Below, one piece after another: positions 6,822-10,146 of a DNA stretch of 10,146 bases. The notes below the pieces were generated by a model. The model was not told where the DNA came from. It searched no databases and saw nothing but the letters and a program-made list of their open reading frames with translations. The DNA is from Myxococcota bacterium (GTDB lineage: Bacteria > Myxococcota > UBA4151): positions 1 to 10,146 of the forward strand of contig JBDQPD010000115.1 in assembly GCA_040260805.1 (NCBI GenBank), read 5' to 3'. The number at the start of each line of letters is the position of its first letter. Positions within the stretch are counted from its first letter, which is position 1. Made by a program: the position numbers and the translations under genes.

Positions 6822-8548
6822 CCTCGGTAAAGCCCAACCAAACAGCGAAGCATCGCACCGGCGCAGCGGTTGCGCTCGAGGTGATGCAAGCCGAGGGCGT
6901 GGATGTCGTCTTTGGGTATCCTGGCGGCGCAATTTTGCCCCTCTATGATGCGCTGCATGATTCCTCCTTGCGCCACATCTTGTGCCGACATGAGCAAGGC
7001 GCAGCGCTCGCCGCAAACGGTTACGCACGAGCTACCGGTAAGGTCGGGGTGTGTATTGCCACCTCGGGCCCTGGGGTGACCAATCTCTTGACGGGGCTCG
7101 CCGATGGCTTGCTGGATTCGGTACCCATGGTTGCGCTGACCGGACAGGTTGCAACCGCCTCGATGGGGACCGACGCTTTTCAAGAAGTCGACACGCTCGG
7201 GTTGACCATGCCGGTCGTCAAGCATGGCTTTATCGTGGAGAAGCTGGCGGACTTGCCCTTCATCATCCGTGAAGCGTTTCGCATCGCTCGGTCGGGTCGT
7301 CCCGGCCCCGTGGTTGTTGATCTGCCTAAAGATATTCAGTCGGCGCAGCTGCGCCTCGCCCAGAGCCCAGCGCTGCCGCCGGTGCACGCACAAGCGGTCG
7401 ATGACTCGAACCCGATCCCTGCGGACCGCTTGGTCAAAGCTGTGCGCATGATCCAAAGCGCACAGCGCCCTTTAGTCTATGCCGGTGGTGGGGTGGCGAT
7501 GGCTGACGCTGTCGATAGCTTTCGTCGTCTGGTCGATGTGCTGCAGGTACCGACGGTCACTACCCTCAAAGCGATTGGGCTGATGCCGCCCGAAGAGCCA
7601 TTAGGGATGGGCATGCTCGGCATGCATGGCCTGGAAGAGGCGAATCGAGCGGTCCAAAGTTGTGATCTCTTGATCGCACTCGGTGCTCGCTTTGACGACC
7701 GAGTCACCGGCAAGCTCGACGGCTTTGCGCCTCATGCCAGAGTTCTGCACATCGATATTGACGCCTCCGAACTCGGTAAGGTTCGGCGAGCTGATGTCGG
7801 CATTTGTGCAGATCTCAAGCCTGCGCTCAAGCAGCTCCTCAAGGTCTTTAAGGGCGCTCTCGATATCGACCCATGGCGCCGGGAGTGCGCACAACTCAAA
7901 GCGACAAATGCTTGGGATTACGATCCACCCTACGAGAGTGTTTATGCCCCTCGGCTGCTCAGGGACCTGTGCGCTGCGCAAGGTCCTGATGGGGTGATCA
8001 CCTGTGATGTGGGACAGCACCAAATGTGGGTCGCCCAGCATTGCGGAGTGCATGAACCCACGCAGCACTTGAGCAGCGGCGGTTTAGGGACCATGGGCTT
8101 TGGTTTGCCGGCAGCCATTGGTGCTCAGATCGGTCGCCCTGATGTGAGCGTCATCAATGTGACCGGTGATGGCTCCATCATGATGAACATCCAGGAGCTT
8201 GCGACCCTCGGTCGATATCAGCTGCCGGTTAAGATCGTGCTCTTGGATAACTCTGGCTTGGGGATGGTGCGTCAGTGGCAAGAGCTCTTCTTAGAAGAGC
8301 GCTTCAGCGAAACCGATCTGAGCGACAACCCCGACTTTGTGCGTGTCGCCGAGTCGTTTGGCTTGAGCGCCTTCGCAGTGCGTCAGCGGGACCAAGAGGC
8401 TCAAGCGATTCGCCGCCTTCTTGAGACGCCCGGGCCCGTCTTAGTTCATGTGATCTTGGATCCTCGTGCGAACGTCTGGCCGATGGTTCCACCAGGCTGC
8501 GATAATTCAACCATCTGGAAGGAGCCCGCCCATGAGCGTCAGGCTTGA
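6818..8548 (+). CDS. ilvG: Acetolactate synthase large subunit, isozyme II type (576 aa)
   Basis: VFGYPGGAILPLYDAL, LCRHEQGA, ATSGPG, TGQV..MGTDAFQE, GMLGMHG, GARFDDRVTGKL, DVGQHQMW, ThDP motif GDGS..LDN..LGMVRQWQ, NVWPMVPPG; followed by an IlvM-type small subunit; ATGA overlap with ilvC. Confidence 0.92.
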   Translation: MTSVKPNQTAKHRTGAAVALEVMQAEGVDVVFGYPGGAILPLYDALHDSSLRHILCRHEQGAALAANGYARATGKVGVCIATSGPGVTNLLTGLADGLLDSVPMVALTGQVATASMGTDAFQEVDTLGLTMPVVKHGFIVEKLADLPFIIREAFRIARSGRPGPVVVDLPKDIQSAQLRLAQSPALPPVHAQAVDDSNPIPADRLVKAVRMIQSAQRPLVYAGGGVAMADAVDSFRRLVDVLQVPTVTTLKAIGLMPPEEPLGMGMLGMHGLEEANRAVQSCDLLIALGARFDDRVTGKLDGFAPHARVLHIDIDASELGKVRRADVGICADLKPALKQLLKVFKGALDIDPWRRECAQLKATNAWDYDPPYESVYAPRLLRDLCAAQGPDGVITCDVGQHQMWVAQHCGVHEPTQHLSSGGLGTMGFGLPAAIGAQIGRPDVSVINVTGDGSIMMNIQELATLGRYQLPVKIVLLDNSGLGMVRQWQELFLEERFSETDLSDNPDFVRVAESFGLSAFAVRQRDQEAQAIRRLLETPGPVLVHVILDPRANVWPMVPPGCDNSTIWKEPAHERQA

Positions 8549-8756
8549 AATCCAACTCGCAAGTCGACCGGGCGCTTTATTGCGCTTGCTCGGTTTGGCT
8601 GAGCGAAGGGGCTATACGCCCTTTCGTGTCCACGCCGCCCCCTTTGGTCCAACCACCCAGATGGTTCACTTGACGGTCTCTAAAGAGCGTCCCGTGGATC
8701 AGCTGATCCAACAGATGCGCAAACTTTATGACGTCCGAAACGTGGAGAAACGCTGA
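8532..8756 (+). CDS. ilvM: Acetolactate synthase II small subunit, single ACT domain (74 aa)
   Basis: SD AAGGAG (8519-8524) before ATG 8532; GALLRLLGLAERRGY...LTV..ERPVDQLIQQMRKLYDV fits the IlvM pattern; position between ilvG and ilvE. Confidence 0.88.
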   Translation: MSVRLEIQLASRPGALLRLLGLAERRGYTPFRVHAAPFGPTTQMVHLTVSKERPVDQLIQQMRKLYDVRNVEKR

Positions 8757-9652
8757 TGACGACTGATCAAACGATTTGGTACGATGGAACCCTCATGCCG
8801 ATGAGTGAAGCCAACTGCTCGCTCCTTGAGCATGGCCTGCATTATGGCACCGGAGTGTTTGAGGGGATTCGTTGCTACGACACCCCCTCTGGCCCGGCTG
8901 TCTTTCGCTTAGACGAGCACCTAAAGCGTCTTCAAAAGGGCGCTGATGTTTTGGGGATGGAGTTCGACTGGCGTCCGCTAAAAGATGCTGTTCGCGCGGT
9001 GCTGAGCGCCAACGCTCATGGCGAAGCGTATATTCGACCCATCGTATTTTATGGCGCTGGGTCGCTCGGGCTTGACGTTGGCGGTGCGATGCCAACGCAT
9101 ACGGCGGTCGCCTCGATGGAGTGGTCTTCTCATCTTGGGCAAACCGCCAAGCTGCAGGGGGTCTCGTTGCTTCGCTCGGCGGTGCGCCGTGTGCCCGCAA
9201 CCTCAATGCCGCCGCTCAAATTGTGCGGAGCGTATGTTAATTCGGTGCTGGCTAAACGTGCTGCTGCTCAAGCGGGTTGCGACGAGGCGCTCTTTGTCGA
9301 TGAAATGGATTGGGTGTGTGAGGCGACCGGTGAAAATGTCTTCATCGTCAATGATGGTCATGTGACGGCAGTATCGCATCCGGATGCGCTGCCCGGAATT
9401 ACGCGGCAAACGGTGATCGAGTTGACCAACGCGACGTCACGCAAAGTGAGCTATCAAGAACTGCTCGAGGCCGATGAGGTCTTTTTGACCGGTACCTCCG
9501 CCGAGGTTGCGCCGGTGCGCCAACTCGATGGTTACGACAAGCTGGTGGGTCCTGTGACGCGCGAGGTCCAGAATCTCTACGCTCGTGCGGTGACCGGAAC
9601 ACTGCCTGGCTATGCTCGTTGGCTGACGACGGTGGACTCATGTGCGGCCTAA
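8756..9652 (+). CDS. ilvE: Branched-chain amino acid aminotransferase (PLP fold IV), 298 aa
   Basis: IWYDG, LHYGTGVFEGIRCY, FRLDEHLKRL, AYIRP, catalytic K in KLCGAYVNS, EATGENVF, LPGITR, EADEVFLTGTSAEV; TGATG overlap with ilvM. Confidence 0.95.
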   Translation: MTTDQTIWYDGTLMPMSEANCSLLEHGLHYGTGVFEGIRCYDTPSGPAVFRLDEHLKRLQKGADVLGMEFDWRPLKDAVRAVLSANAHGEAYIRPIVFYGAGSLGLDVGGAMPTHTAVASMEWSSHLGQTAKLQGVSLLRSAVRRVPATSMPPLKLCGAYVNSVLAKRAAAQAGCDEALFVDEMDWVCEATGENVFIVNDGHVTAVSHPDALPGITRQTVIELTNATSRKVSYQELLEADEVFLTGTSAEVAPVRQLDGYDKLVGPVTREVQNLYARAVTGTLPGYARWLTTVDSCAA

Positions 9653-10146
9653 CCGCCAGAGGGGTGCATCGAGCCGCTCAGCGGCTCTCTGGACTCGTTG
9701 CGCAGACACCTTTGCGCTACGACGAAGAGCGGTCCGCCTGGTTGAAGCTTGAGAACTTGCAAAAGACGGGTTCGTTCAAAGTTCGTGGGGCGCTTAATGC
9801 GCTGATGGCGCAGGCTGAACAAGGCGCAACCAGCGCCGTGGTCGCAGCATCGGCAGGAAATCACGGCGCTGGCGTCGCGTGGGCGGCGAAACGGCTGGGC
9901 GTACCCGCGCATATTATTGTCCCTTCGGGGGCGCCGCGAGCCAAAGCAGACCGCATTGCGCAGCTTGGCGCAACGGTGATGCGCTACGGTCAATCCTTTG
10001 ACGACAGCTTGCGCTATGCCCGCGCCTTTGCGCGCTCCAACGGCTGGCGTTTGATCCATGCCTTTGATGACCCCGAAGTCATCGCCGGTCAGGGGACCAT
10101 CGCCTTCGAGCTCGCTGAGGCTTGCCCCGATGTCGTGGTCGTACCC
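9640..10146 (+). CDS. ilvA: Threonine/serine dehydratase (IlvA/TdcB family), 3'-truncated by the window edge
   Basis: Manual translation, 169 codons with no stop: MCGLTARGVHRAAQRLSGLVAQTPLRYDEERSAWLKLENLQKTGSFKVRGALN...VVAASAGNHGAGVAWAA...HAFDDPEVIAGQGTIAFEL...PDVVVVP; PLP lysine motif SFKVRG. Absent from the ORF track. Confidence 0.93.
   Translation, partial: MCGLTARGVHRAAQRLSGLVAQTPLRYDEERSAWLKLENLQKTGSFKVRGALNALMAQAEQGATSAVVAASAGNHGAGVAWAAKRLGVPAHIIVPSGAPRAKADRIAQLGATVMRYGQSFDDSLRYARAFARSNGWRLIHAFDDPEVIAGQGTIAFELAEACPDVVVVP

Noticed and set aside
6704..7456. 250-aa antisense ORF and the other shadow ORFs in the track (e.g. 194-394, 9649-10059)
   Set aside because: They overlap well-conserved genes, have no family motifs, and are expected by chance in GC-rich coding DNA.
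8466..8531. Longer 96-aa version of IlvM
   Set aside because: Overlaps the conserved IlvG C-terminus; ATG 8532 has an AAGGAG SD and yields a normal ACT domain.
1..10146. CRISPR arrays, IS elements, integrases, tRNAs, tandem repeats
   Set aside because: None seen; nearly all the sequence is explained by intact genes and the two short intergenic regions.

Overview
The window starts with the 3' part of a 5S rRNA gene and a strong intrinsic terminator. Three tightly coupled + strand genes follow: a predicted His-rich outer-membrane beta-barrel, a YhiN/RdsA-like (HI0933 family) flavoprotein and a B12-binding radical SAM protein. After an AT-rich region containing a perfect palindrome lies a compact branched-chain amino acid operon, ilvD-ilvC-ilvG-ilvM-ilvE-ilvA/tdcB-like, in which every gene overlaps the next; the last gene runs off the window and is missing from the ORF track. 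The main unannotated signal is the ilvD leader: a 27-aa Ile/Thr-rich leader peptide (3864-3947) with a strong Shine-Dalgarno, followed by mutually exclusive RNA helices but no U-tailed terminator. This suggests non-classical, ribosome-coupled attenuation acting on ilvD translation initiation or through Rho. All family calls come from motif recognition by eye; no searches or folding computations were run.
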